A stretch of DNA of 61,989 nt, filler included, from Vannella sp. (taxonomy: Eukaryota): assembly GCA_023345925.1 (NCBI GenBank). It is 6 parts of 6 records of this genome, joined end to end, with 100 filler letters (N's around TTAATTAATTAA, not from the genome) between each part and the next. Parts side by side here need not be neighbours in the genome. Positions count along the whole stretch, not along the records: positions 9,454 to 18,286 come from JAJQQN010000707.1; positions 18,387 to 25,362 come from JAJQQN010001059.1; 4 more parts are not named here. One strand, 5' to 3'. Below, one piece after another: positions 9,509-20,124 of the stretch. Position numbers and translations under genes: made by a program. The first letter of the stretch is position 1, and each line of letters opens with the position of its first letter. The notes below the pieces were generated by a model. That model saw only the letters and a list, made by a program, of their open reading frames with translations, made no database searches and had not been told where the DNA came from.

Positions 9509-11635
9509 TCACATGACCGAGATCATTGCTAGAGCCACAAGGAAAGAAGCAACAAGAAGCCCGCTCTCTGAGCTGGCATTGCCGTTTCCGCCTGGCACCG
9601 CAACTGGGACGGGAACGGGGATGGGAACAGGGACTGGCACAGGATTGGGAATGGGAACGGGAATAGGGTTTGGAATGGGGTTTGGAACCGGCACAGGGTT
9701 GGGCACGGGAACCGGATTGGGAACGGGCACAGAAATCGGATTGGGGACGGGAACAGGAACCCTCGTTGACACAGGATTGGGCACGAACACAAGGGTGGGA
9801 ACAGGAACGTTCGTGGGCGCGAACACGATGGTGGGAACAGGAACGTTCGTGGGCACGAACACGTTGGTGGGAACGGGAACGGGAACTTGGAGCACAGTGG
9901 CGGCCAATGGCGAGGGCACAGGAGACTGAGTAGCAGAGTTCAGTCGATCCACATCCCGGCGAAGGGCAATGGAAAGTCTCCCAGCTTGTCTAACATCTCC
10001 GCATGCCTTGTTGGTGCCGTCTGGACTGGTGGAATAGAGACCAGTGCTGGCGCATTGGAAGCGACCGGACGCGTCCACAATAGCCACGCAATGCTCGCTC
10101 AGCACCAGATTGGGTTGGTTCAAGGCAAAGCACACTTGATAGGCCTGGGTGGGCTGCACCAACGTTCCATTCGTTGTTTGGATGGTCAACAGGATGAGAG
10201 GGGCGGCCAACAGGACGCTGGACGCAGGCAGAGGCAGCCCACTGATGGGCACCTCGGTGGAGTTCACCTGAGGGAAGGGAGGAAGACCGCTTCGAGGGAG
10301 CTTGGCGATGGTCTCGTTGGTGATCACGATGATAAAGGGATCAAGCGATGGTGATGGCGACACGGAAATGGTTGAAGGGCTTGTAGAGACCGAAGCAGAA
10401 GCTGGAGTGACCGAAACAGAGGGTGTCAACGAGGTGGTGGAGGTTGCAGAGGGGGAGACAGACTTCGAGGGAGTGTTTGAGGGAGTCAGCGAGTTCGAGG
10501 GAGTGTTCGAGGGTGTCACGGAGTTCGAAGGAGTGTTTGAGGGAGTCAAACTGTTCGAAGGAGTGTTTGAGGGAGTCAAAGTGTTCGAAGGAGTGTTTGA
10601 AGTAGTCACCGTGTTCGAGGGAGTGTTTGAGGGAGTCACCGTGCTTGAGGGAGTGTTCGAAGGAGTTAACTAGTTCGAAGGAGTGTTTGAGGGAGTCAAA
10701 GTGTTCGAGGGAGTGTTTGAAGGAGTCACAGTGTTCGAAGCCGTGTTGGAGGGCGTGGTGGTGAAGGAAGGGGTAACAGAAGGTGTGATAGAGCTAGTTG
10801 GAGTTCCAGAAGGAGTCATGGGAGCGCTTGGTGTCTCAGAAGGAGTCACAGAAGAACTTGGTGTCTTAGAAGGAGTCACAGAAGAGCTGGGCGAGCCAGA
10901 AGGAGTTCCAGACTGTGTCGAGAGAGAACCAGTCTGAGAGGGCGTAACAGAGGGCGTAACAGAGATCGTAGAAGTGAAGCTAGTCGAAGGGGTTGGGTTC
11001 TGATCACGGAAGACAGAGGTTATCCTCAAGGTCGTTGGATCGGACTTGAATGTGAGTCTGATCTTCAAGGCTCCCCAAGAAGCAAACGAACATGTTCGAG
11101 GGAAGGCACTGAAAGGAACATCCAATACAGAGCTGACACCTCCAGTCGCAGGCGCAGGAACGAACAAATCGCAAGTCCCTCTCAACGTATCAAAGTAGAA
11201 GAACACAGCGCTGAAGGGTTGGTCAGAGGAGTAAACGATACCAAAGCTGCGAGTGAGATTGGTAGGGTCGTCCAAGAAGATGCCATTTAGACCTGAGAAG
11301 TTGGCAAACTGTGTGTTAGCACTGCCATCGTAAGTTATCTCGAAGAAGTTTCCAGTGTTAGATGGTACGAAGACCGTCAGGACTCCTCCGCTCACAGCAG
11401 CGGCGGCTTTCGTTGGGGTACCAGCTGTTGCGAGGGTGAGATCTCGATGGCAACCAACCAACTCGGAGCAGTTTGCAATTGCCTTGTTATCTGCTTTCGT
11501 GTTCAGGTCCACAGCATCAAGCAAAATCGTTTGTTCACTGCCTGGTGGGAAGGAGTCAATGGCCACACGAAGGAAACCGTTGCAGAGTATCTGAGCAAAC
11601 AGAAGGGAAAAGAAGAGGGCTGACGAGGCCTTCAT
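9509..11635 (-). CDS. Mucin-like, probably GPI-anchored surface protein with one in-frame TAG at 10670-10672
   Basis: Signal peptide [18 protein letters not shown]; ORFs 10670-11638 and 9509-10639 are in the same frame; TPSN repeats, Cys domain, VP repeats and C-terminal [23 protein letters not shown]. Confidence 0.75.
9603..9886 (-). repeat. Coding Val-Pro low-complexity repeat (VPVPNPVP...)
   Basis: Degenerate 6-nt-based periodicity (gggaac/gggcac) visible on the + strand. Confidence 0.9.
10462..10750 (-). repeat. Coding 30-bp tandem repeat, about 9 units (TPSNTPSN[ST][LV])
   Basis: Unit gagtgtttgagggagtcaaa[cg]tgttcga[ag]g recurs every 30 nt. Confidence 0.92.
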
Positions 11636-11670
11636 CAAACGAGGAGTGCATGAAAAGGGTGGAAACGGAG

Positions 11671-11724
11671 TATAAATAGGCCAGATAATATCAGGTTCGT
11701 GCTAATGTGGTCCTGACCAATCAC
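11671..11724 (-). promoter_or_regulatory. Putative TATA (TATTTATA) and CCAAT elements upstream of the surface-protein gene
   Basis: tataaata at 11671-11678, about 36 nt from the ATG; ccaatca near 11717. Confidence 0.4.
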
Positions 11725-12378
11725 CCTCTAGCTCGTGTGCATGGTAGGGAAATGCGTTTTGGGGACTACTTGCAATTTGTTCTCCGAATTTTTGCACTTG
11801 CATTCGCTTCAAACTGACGTACTGAAAAGAAGCCAGAAGCGATTTTCTATTTCGCCTCGGGGTTCATGCACAATTGTTGCAATCAGATAGATGATCGGCA
11901 GCCTACGAGGCTCATGCTGACCCGGAACGACTCACTCCAAATGCTCCTCAGTTTTCCGTAGATACTCTTCCGTCCAGCTAGGCTAGGGACTTGGGCATTC
12001 GTGTGGGACAGTCCTGTCGTGATAGTGCGGGGTACCATAATTGTAGCAATGGCAACAAAGCAGTTTAAACTTCGTTTGTCCTCATGTGTGTAAACAGGCA
12101 CGTCCTTTCCTTTGTGGGGAATCTCGTGAGCACTTTGGATACATCCTCAACTGCGGGAGAGAAGACAATTTTGCTGGTCATAAATGGTGAATAGAGATTG
12201 AGCGAATCAGTTGTTCGAAGGAAACCGAAACGAAACGCCTTTTCCCCAGATTGACCTTTTAACTTGCCAAATTTCGAGATGCCCGTTGAAAGAGAGAGTG
12301 ATCAAACAGGCTCATGAAAGGTGGGATTTTGTCATTCTTTCCTCTTTACTTGGGTTCCGGCTGTTAGCGTTCTTGTGC

Positions 12379-14541
12379 TTAATCAAATCTCATGGGGCAG
12401 AAAGGGATGGAAAGTTCTTCAAATAGCTCGTGAACAATCATTTTGAGATCAGAAAGAGAGATGCGTTCCGTTGGATTCGGTTCAACACAACGTTGGATTG
12501 CTTGGTTCAATTTTTGGTTTGTTATGAGCGGTCTCTCATGCAGCTCCAGTTCACAAGATCCTGAAAGAGTCTGAAGCAGCGTCATTCCAAGAGAATAAAC
12601 TGAATTCGAATGGTGAGACTCGTTTGAATACCCCCTTCGGTCCACTTACTGTCTGCTTTCTCGTTTGCTTCAGATCCTGCAAGCAGTTCTGGCGCTAAGT
12701 ATATACTCCGGCTTTCGATGGCTGGAAACAGTGAGGAGAGATTTTTGACGAGTTATGAAACGGAACAAACCTTTTTGAAGTGCTTGCGTTCGGCCTATCA
12801 TGATGAGACGTATGTTCGGTGGCGTTGCACTCTCAGTGAGTAAGGAGACTTGCAAAGGCTTGGTTTTGTTAGTTTCAGATGTGAGGAAGAGGTAAGCTCA
12901 CTGTAAGTACTCCGATAAAGTAGCTTTGACTTTGAAGTAATTCCATTGCGGTAATCAGAGACGCAAATACATACAAACAGAACTCCATCCACTTTTTGTC
13001 ATTGCTGATAATCGTGTCGACGCCAGAAATGTCTCTTTTGCGATTAATTTGAGTTAAGAAACTTTGAAGCGTTCTTCCTTCCGGTGTTAAAGCAATCAGT
13101 AGCAGCTTTTCCGACTGGATCGTAAAGAGTGGCCTTTGAATGCTACGGTGAGGGGTTAGCGACTGAAGCAAGGCTAAATCTTCGAGACTCTCTGTCCATT
13201 TCTGGACAAGGGAATCCTTCCAGATCCAGCGAACAAGTCCCAGTAACCCGTTGATTTCACAGAAAAACGAAGTTTCTGATGCATAATCCATCAGTTGGAG
13301 ATAGTTTTCAGGGGACTGCTTGTTGTGATGGACCAGGAGAGACAGAATTTCGGTTCGTGCTGTGCGAGTATTCTCCTGACAGCGCCTGGAAAAGTTCTCG
13401 CTTGCCTGAAGATCTCTCATTAGCAGGAGCATACTATTTCGGAGGTGTTCAATTTGTTGGATCTGATGTTTCTCCCTTTCCTCGGCATTTCCAATCAAAT
13501 CTAAAACTGTGGGAAGCCGAAGAGCCGCTACAATACTCCAAATCGCCAGTTCCGTATTCACTGAGAGACTGGAGTTGCCGTGCAGATAGATTTGTTTCAG
13601 TCTGGACCCCGGATGCTCCTTGAGCATGTAAATAAGATGAGCAGCACCTCGGTCTGAGATGTTATTGTGATCCAAATGCAAGGTCTGCAGTCGCTTGTTC
13701 CTTTGAAGTGCGACTGCAAGAGATTGGAGATGAGAATCAGCAAGCTGCACCCGGGATAGATCCAACCGCTCGAGTGTCTGATTTGCCTCGACCAACCGGC
13801 ACACTTCTTCAATGATCTCTGGATGACTTGGCGCATCAAATAGAGCTGATAAGTCCAGTGACAGTGTTGGCGAGTCTATCTCTTGAAGTGCAGGGCTTCT
13901 TTGAAGGTGTTTTACCACTTCCAGAAGACGGTCAGAAGTTGTCTGAACTGGTTAGACAACCGCTTTAGACTTGTTAGAGCTCACCATACGATGAACTAGT
14001 GTGCTACTAGTTCTGTGGTCTTGGAAGAGTCCTTCAAGGATGAGGGAGTGCTCTGTCCGACGGAGAGCCGTTCGAAGTAACTGTTCTTCTCCATCTGTTG
14101 CTACAAAGTCTGCGTAGAGAGGCTTAGCTGCCTCAACCAAGGCTTCCTGGACCTTTTCGAAGGTATGAACTGTAAAGGTCCTGTCAGAATGGGCTAAATC
14201 CGACGAAATCATCTCCAACTCGTCATTGGGGATCTTCGACAAGCCTGTCCATTGCCCTTCCGCCTTCCCCGACGATTGTAGTTGCTCCCAAAGCGTTCGT
14301 GCTTCTTCTTTAGCCTCTATCCACACGTCAAACACCGCGTTTAACGGGGACACAAGGAGAGAACGCGCACCTTCCGCTGGGAGCCATTTCATTCTCTCTA
14401 TCTCCAACCACGCGTCCACCCCAGCAGTCCTACGCCACAACCATGAGTCTACCTCATCTTCCTGAGCCCCCCTCACCTCCCAGAGCTCTGCAAGAACCCG
14501 TAAAACGCGCGAAAGCGTCTCGGGTCGTCCGTCAAGTCCAT
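12379..14541 (-). CDS. RGS-like + LRR + pseudokinase protein, 6 exons
   Basis: Spliced N-terminus FRAFYGFLQSS...DAWLEIERMK...FEKVQEALVEAAKPLYADF (RGS-like); RNI-type LRRs (LERLDLS, LQTLHLDHNNISDRGA, LKQIYLHGN); YLAPELL, KADIYSLG, CVEPNPTERIS; introns include 14430-14476 and 12859-12901. Confidence 0.7.
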
Positions 14542-14627
14542 CCCCACGAACGAATGACCCTTTGTGGGGCTCAGGGGAGTGCCAGGAGAGTGTAGAGTGT
14601 GGTGTGCGATCATTCTTTAGTGTCCTG

Positions 14628-17573
14628 ATGCTGGGAAAGGCGCGGCGGCCTGGCCGGTCGGAGGGCGCTGGATCGACTGTTCTTAGGCGGATGGCGTTCT
14701 CTGTGTTTGCTGTGTTCGTTGTTTGGTGTATGTTTGCTCCTGCGACGCTTCTGGGGCATCTGGAGGATCAGGTCACGCTTGACCGGCTGACTACACAGCA
14801 AGTCGGCGCTCTTGCCCCTGTGAAGAGCTTGGAGGAGAAGAACAGCAACTCAGTGGTGCGTATCAAACCTACTCATCAAGGAGAGCAGCTGTGGACGCTT
14901 GCAGAGGCAGCTAAAGCGGAGCTCTTGGATCTCGACTGGCATGGGAAAGCCTCTTTGGTCGTCAAGAAGAACCGCCCGTACTTGGCTCTGGAAGCAGGTA
15001 AAGCGAAGAAAGATGGATCGACTATCACACTCGTCAGCGGGCTGTTCGACCTTGGCAGGGGCGAGCTAAAGAACTCCTTCTCTCGGAGCTTCAGCTTCTA
15101 CGTGGATCGCTTCGCCGTCTTCATGCGCTACCAGTTCCCGAAGATCATCTACATCGAACCACGCCACTACGAGCTCTACCTGCCACTGATCCAGGCTAGC
15201 GAGGCAGCTGGCTTCCCAGTGCATGTGATTAACGTGACCATTGCCGAGCTGGAAGCTGGCTTCCCTTATTTAGATGAGATTACTCGCCTTCGGGAGGATC
15301 CGGACTGGAAGGGGAGCCCCCAGGACTGGCTCTTCCAGTCTCCTCAGTCTACTCTGAAGCTCTACAACGCCATGGTGATGAGCAAGCTCCCTTGGACTCG
15401 GGATGCGGCCAGACTCAATCCTTTCGGTACTGACGCCTTTCTGTGGTTCGATGGAGGGCACCAATGCAACGCACCCGAAGGGATTTTCCCCCAGAACGCA
15501 AATGCGTTCCGCTCGCGTTTTGACAAGCTTCTGATCACTTACTTTGATTACGAACCGAATACGGAAGTTCACGGGTTCAAGAAGAAGCCATTCTTTGACT
15601 TTTTGGACTACAGGGCACGCTGGGTGTCCGTAGGGCGAGGTGGAGTTTTCGGAGGGTCCAAACAGTACTTGGATGTGGCCACGGAAGTTTACATGTTGGC
15701 TATGGAGGCTACATTGAAGGCAGGATTCATGGGTACGGAGGAGAACCTCTTCTCTATCCTGTTGTACCGTTTCCCTGAGCTGATTAGTGACTTTCATAAT
15801 GGTAATGGAGGTAACTGTGCAATCTTCTCGGAAGCTATGCATGGTCCTCAACCGCCACCGCCACCTCGACCTGTGTTTACCCTGGCAGGAGAAGGAGGAT
15901 TGGACTTGCGTGGCGCCGAGTGCTACAAAACGGAAGATGGAATTCGATGCAGGACTCCGAATCGGGCGGTCTGTCCAGAGTTTGTGACTCCAATGTTCCT
16001 TCATAAGGCAGAGGGTCAATGGAATTGTAGGCCCTTTCAAGAGGACGCCCGTTACTGTACTGCAGAGTGTCGCCATGGGACAGACGAAGTTATGTGGTTT
16101 TCTCACGAGTGTAACGCGTATGATGTGTGCCCATCTCACGGAACTGTACATTGGTCTGAGTTTTATACTCAGGATCCTTTTGCTCCGACTGTTCCTAGTC
16201 CTGAACCGCTCCCTTCCCCAGAAATCAAATCTGTTCCCGTCAATGAAGCGGTAAAAGAGCGCCTGAATGTTGAATACGAGACCTCACTTATTCCTCCTCC
16301 GATGAAGGAGCTTGAGCCATTCAACTCACTGACCTTTACAGAAGAGGAGAAGGCTTTTATGAAGAATGTTAAGGAAAACTACGACAAGGACACTTTGAAG
16401 TACCTCAAGACCTATGGTTACGACCTCCGCGGACTCCATTGCGAGATTCTTGATGGCCGGGAAAGGTGCTTCAGCCCTTACAGAAGCGGACGAGATCTCT
16501 GTCCAGAGTTTGTAGACTCTGCTTACCTCTCTAAGGCCCCTGGCCAATGGTCTTGTTCTGCTGAAGCAGGAGGAACATACTGCAATGCTATGTGCCAGGA
16601 AGGAGTGGATCGAGTCTCATGGATGGCCAATAATGAGGAATGGTGCAAATCGAACAAAGACGCGTGTCGTGAAAAGCCAGAAGTGATCCCTTTCGATCAG
16701 TTCAATGTCAAAATGTGGACGGAACCCCCTCGAGAGCCAAAGGCATGTGAGCTTCTGGATGAATTCACGGTTGAGTCTCTGAAGATGCAAATCAAGCCGT
16801 TCACTATTGGTATTCTGACCCGAGGGAAAGAGTTAGAAACACTCGGCAATTCCCTTGAGACCTGGGTTGCTGATGGCTTCCTTCAATGGGCCAGTGAGGT
16901 TCTCATTATGGTGAATGAGATGACCCCAGAAGCGCAAGAGTTATTAGAACCCTACACAAAACCTCCGGTCAACATGCGCATCCTCTCCAGTGATGTGAAT
17001 GAGGGTATTCTCCGAGGAATCAATTGGCTAATGGGAAACGCAACGCACGAAGACTTCCTCTTCTTAGAAAAAGATTTCCGTTTGGTTGAGCCTCTGTCAT
17101 GTGTTGTGGATCAAATCAAAGCAGGATTGGATCTGATCCACTCAAAGACTGCCCATGTAGTCAAATACCGTTCTCGATACAATGCAGGAAAGCCTAATTG
17201 GGCAGAGGTGAGTTACAAGGGAGTGGAAGAAAGCGTCTTCAAACGCCAGCCCAATCTGCTGTGTAATTTCTACCACTTTATCGATTACCCCGCTCAGGTT
17301 TGGCCCAAACATTTTGATGTGTGCCACGAAGGGCCATTATTCTATTGTGTTGACTCGGAGTTTTGTAATTGGACGAACAATCCGTTCCTCATCAACAAGC
17401 TGTGGTGGTTTGAGCACTTTGTCTTCAAGTTTGACCAAATTCGCGCTGCGGAACCAAGCTTTAATCTTGAAGGATACATGAACTGGCATCGAGGGGCGTG
17501 GGACGATCGCCATTTTATTGTTGCCGAGGGTGACGGGCTCTTCAAGCATTGCGACGCCAACAACTTTGGATAA
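14628..17573 (+). CDS. Type II membrane double glycosyltransferase-like protein (HtrL/YibB-like + 2 Cys-rich repeats + GT-A-like), intronless
   Basis: N-terminal TM; TLVSGLFDLGRG, YNAMVMSK, LNPFGTDAFLWFDGG, GGVFGG, MGTEE (HtrL-like); C-terminal NEGILRGINWL...FLFLEKDF...WTNNPF; ATG at 14628. Confidence 0.75.
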   Translation: MLGKARRPGRSEGAGSTVLRRMAFSVFAVFVVWCMFAPATLLGHLEDQVTLDRLTTQQVGALAPVKSLEEKNSNSVVRIKPTHQGEQLWTLAEAAKAELLDLDWHGKASLVVKKNRPYLALEAGKAKKDGSTITLVSGLFDLGRGELKNSFSRSFSFYVDRFAVFMRYQFPKIIYIEPRHYELYLPLIQASEAAGFPVHVINVTIAELEAGFPYLDEITRLREDPDWKGSPQDWLFQSPQSTLKLYNAMVMSKLPWTRDAARLNPFGTDAFLWFDGGHQCNAPEGIFPQNANAFRSRFDKLLITYFDYEPNTEVHGFKKKPFFDFLDYRARWVSVGRGGVFGGSKQYLDVATEVYMLAMEATLKAGFMGTEENLFSILLYRFPELISDFHNGNGGNCAIFSEAMHGPQPPPPPRPVFTLAGEGGLDLRGAECYKTEDGIRCRTPNRAVCPEFVTPMFLHKAEGQWNCRPFQEDARYCTAECRHGTDEVMWFSHECNAYDVCPSHGTVHWSEFYTQDPFAPTVPSPEPLPSPEIKSVPVNEAVKERLNVEYETSLIPPPMKELEPFNSLTFTEEEKAFMKNVKENYDKDTLKYLKTYGYDLRGLHCEILDGRERCFSPYRSGRDLCPEFVDSAYLSKAPGQWSCSAEAGGTYCNAMCQEGVDRVSWMANNEEWCKSNKDACREKPEVIPFDQFNVKMWTEPPREPKACELLDEFTVESLKMQIKPFTIGILTRGKELETLGNSLETWVADGFLQWASEVLIMVNEMTPEAQELLEPYTKPPVNMRILSSDVNEGILRGINWLMGNATHEDFLFLEKDFRLVEPLSCVVDQIKAGLDLIHSKTAHVVKYRSRYNAGKPNWAEVSYKGVEESVFKRQPNLLCNFYHFIDYPAQVWPKHFDVCHEGPLFYCVDSEFCNWTNNPFLINKLWWFEHFVFKFDQIRAAEPSFNLEGYMNWHRGAWDDRHFIVAEGDGLFKHCDANNFG

Positions 17574-17764
17574 ATCAGCTTGGCGAATTAGCTTCTGATA
17601 TCATTCTATTCACATTCTTGTTCTAATTGCCCAAAGCAATGAATGAATGAATGGACAGGTTAACATTTGAATAGGGTTTCGTGTGGGGTTGCGGGAAGGG
17701 CAGCCAAGTTAGAATTCACTCGTTCACTTTCTCCATTCATGTTGCTAACGCAAACTGTTAGGTT

Positions 17765-18033
17765 GATGGATGCCGCCAAGAGAGTGCAAGCGGAGTACCA
17801 GCAGTCCGTGACCTCCTTATCAAAAGATGACGGACACTCTCGGTTCCAGTTTTTCGTGGTTTTGCCAGAGTACTTGGGGCCTCTTCTACCCAGAGCTCTG
17901 GCTATTTATCGCCTTTCGTGCTAGACATTACGTCCTCGTTGTCTGCTTCCATCGGCAGTGCGCTCTTTATCACTTTCTCTGCATCACTGCTATCTTCTGT
18001 GTCATCATGCTGGCTGTCATTTATGCCGATTAA
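17765..18033 (+). CDS. Possible small tail-anchored membrane protein (spliced; structure uncertain)
   Basis: MDAAKRVQAEYQQS segment and a terminal hydrophobic FLCITAIFCVIMLAVIYAD*, with intron-like sequence between them. Confidence 0.3.
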
Positions 18034-18286
18034 AGTGCGGCTCAGAGCGTAGCAATCAAGATCACGTAAGTGGGTACCAAGATCAAGTGATTGTTTATGT
18101 GGCTTCATCAAAGAGCTGGATGTCAGAGTCTTCGCACTGCGCGACATTCCGACTGAAGCAATTCCCTAAATGGATCAATCCAAGACCCAGGAATGTAATA
18201 ATTACACAATGAGAATTTATCCAAAATACCTAGATTTTGGGGTCCATGATCCAAAATACCTACTTTTTTTCAATGGTTTATAGTGG

Positions 18287-18386
18287 NNNNNNNNNNNNNN
18301 NNNNNNNNNNNNNNNNNNNNNNNNNNNNNNTTAATTAATTAANNNNNNNNNNNNNNNNNNNNNNNNNNNNNNNNNNNNNNNNNNNN
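18287..18386. other. Artificial contig linker
   Basis: N44-TTAATTAATTAA-N44. Confidence 0.98.
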
Positions 18387-18388
18387 GG

Positions 18389-18589
18389 ACGGAAGGTCGG
18401 GAAGCCACTTTAGACACTCTTTTCATTGCCGGAGGCAATTCTCCTCATATTCCCGAGTCTGCCAAGGAGACCATGTCTTCCCAATTTCCCAGTTATCGCT
18501 TGGCGACCATTCCTAATGCAGGACATTGGGTCCACTATGAGAAGCCTTCTGAGTTTCTCGCCACACTCGAGCAATTCTTTCAACGCTGA
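18389..18589 (+). CDS. C-terminal fragment of an alpha/beta-hydrolase (ABHD11/YbfF-like esterase), 5'-truncated
   Basis: Frame not in the ORF track reads TLFIAGGNSPHI...FPSYRLATIPNAGHWVHYEKPSEF...*. Confidence 0.8.
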   Translation, partial: TEGREATLDTLFIAGGNSPHIPESAKETMSSQFPSYRLATIPNAGHWVHYEKPSEFLATLEQFFQR

Positions 18590-18888
18590 TCCAATCCATC
18601 ATATAGCTTCTGATATCTTATCATGTCTATCTACGAGAGTTCTTGATCCTTCTTTTTGAACACACAATGAATGAATGAATGAAACACACTTTCGTTCCTG
18701 ACTCCACAGGCTCCTTAGCCCACAGGCTCCTTACTAAGAGAGCCATTTTTATATGATATCCTATTCACATCTCTTGTGTGCTATCAGGATGATCACATCT
18801 GCTTCTGCGCATGAATTCATCTCGTCGAACAGAATATGTTTGAAAGGAAGCTCACAGGGTGTTCTTGAGAGCCATCAAGACTAAGGAG

Positions 18889-19837
18889 TCAATAGGGATC
18901 ATCTAGGAGTTCGCGTGACCTTAACTTCAGTTGATAGCACTCCCAAAGACCGCGAATGGCGAAGAATGCAGAGCACAGAGCCATTCCAACCACGAGGGTG
19001 GGCTGAATCATATAGACCAAAATCCATGACCTCCACCTCTCTGCTTTACATAAAGTACCAGCTGACGAGGGAACAGACCGCAGTAATCGAACATCAAAGG
19101 TAACCACTTCTCCCCCATGAGAATTCCAGGGAAACTGTGTTACACCCACATACACAGTTCTTGGACCGCAGATCACTCGAGTGTCCTCTTGAAGTTCCAC
19201 TTGCTCTTGAGTGAATGGAGGGAAGATTGGAGCCCCATCCCGATTCACAATTTCTGTTGGGGAAGTATCTTGGTTCAGATAGACTGCGAGAGATACTACA
19301 TCGCTCGTAGAGGTGTTGCTCTCAAAGTGGAAAACCTCTGCAGTCACATTCTCTGCCAAATGATGAGTCTGGAAGCGGAAATACTTCCATTGTCCATTCC
19401 CTTTCAATTCTCCAGGGAAAGTGGTCTGTTGGGAGTTAGGGAGACGTTGAGAGTGGTGTAATGATGTTTTCGCTTACCCATTCGTCGTATGGAACATGAA
19501 TTGCTTCTGCAGCTTCCACTCCATAGCGAGGAAGGTCTCCGTTGAGGAGAGATGCGATCAGAAAGAGTAAACTGAGGCAGCTAACAAGACCAAAGACGAA
19601 TGATGTCACTAAGCGCTTCTTTGCACTTTGTTTCATTCTGTCTTCAAGAGAAAGAATCTCCTCCTGGTCGATTCCTTCACTCCAAGCTCCAGGAACCTCC
19701 TCGAAAGAGTCTATCCCCAGCAGCTGCATGCTCGCCAGACTCTCGCGATCGTCTTCTCCCAACAGCCCCGCAAAGTCCGTGTAAGTTTCAACTCTCCTCT
19801 TGGACCCGCCAGCCACTGAACCGTCCTCTCGCTCCAT
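18889..19837 (-). CDS. Hypothetical two-TM membrane protein, at least 2 exons
   Basis: ORFs 19436-19843 and 18889-19407 are joined by a gtaagc...ctaac...cag intron; TM1 LVTSFVFGLVSCLSLLFLIASLL, TM2 near C-terminus; 3' end may extend by another exon. Confidence 0.6.
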
Positions 19838-20124
19838 CCACAATAATTATGAATTTTGACAGACCTAAATGATACAAAGCTTGATTCAAGTTATTATCAC
19901 GTCCCAAAATTCCAGGATCTCGCATTTCCCCACTTCCCGTGCATTTCCCGTGCATTTCCCTTACACTTCCCCTCATTTTCTCTCCCCACTCCCTCCAAGT
20001 CCGCTGGCCTCCGTTGAAAGTGCACCTTCTTCTGCCAGTCTGTCAAGTGTTTAAATCGATGTACATCCTCTCTCCTGCCCTTCAAGAGCTCTGTCTCATT
20101 CATTATTTTGGGTCGGCAGCAGGG

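Noticed and set aside
10670..10672. Genome-wide TAG reassignment (alternative genetic code)
   Set aside because: TAG is a normal terminator elsewhere (GH27, MIOS, the giant receptor), and the conserved genes read showed no internal stops
10462..10750. 30-bp periodic array as a CRISPR array
   Set aside because: No unique spacers, lies in a coding frame, no cas genes, eukaryotic context
9474..10937. Plus-strand GTGTG- and FEGV-repeat ORFs
   Set aside because: Antisense translations of the VP and TPSN coding repeats
18704..18733. Short direct repeats (ccacaggctcctta x2; also tgtcgtcaggtt x2 at 61449-61474) and AATG microsatellites
   Set aside because: Consistent with local slippage; no associated element
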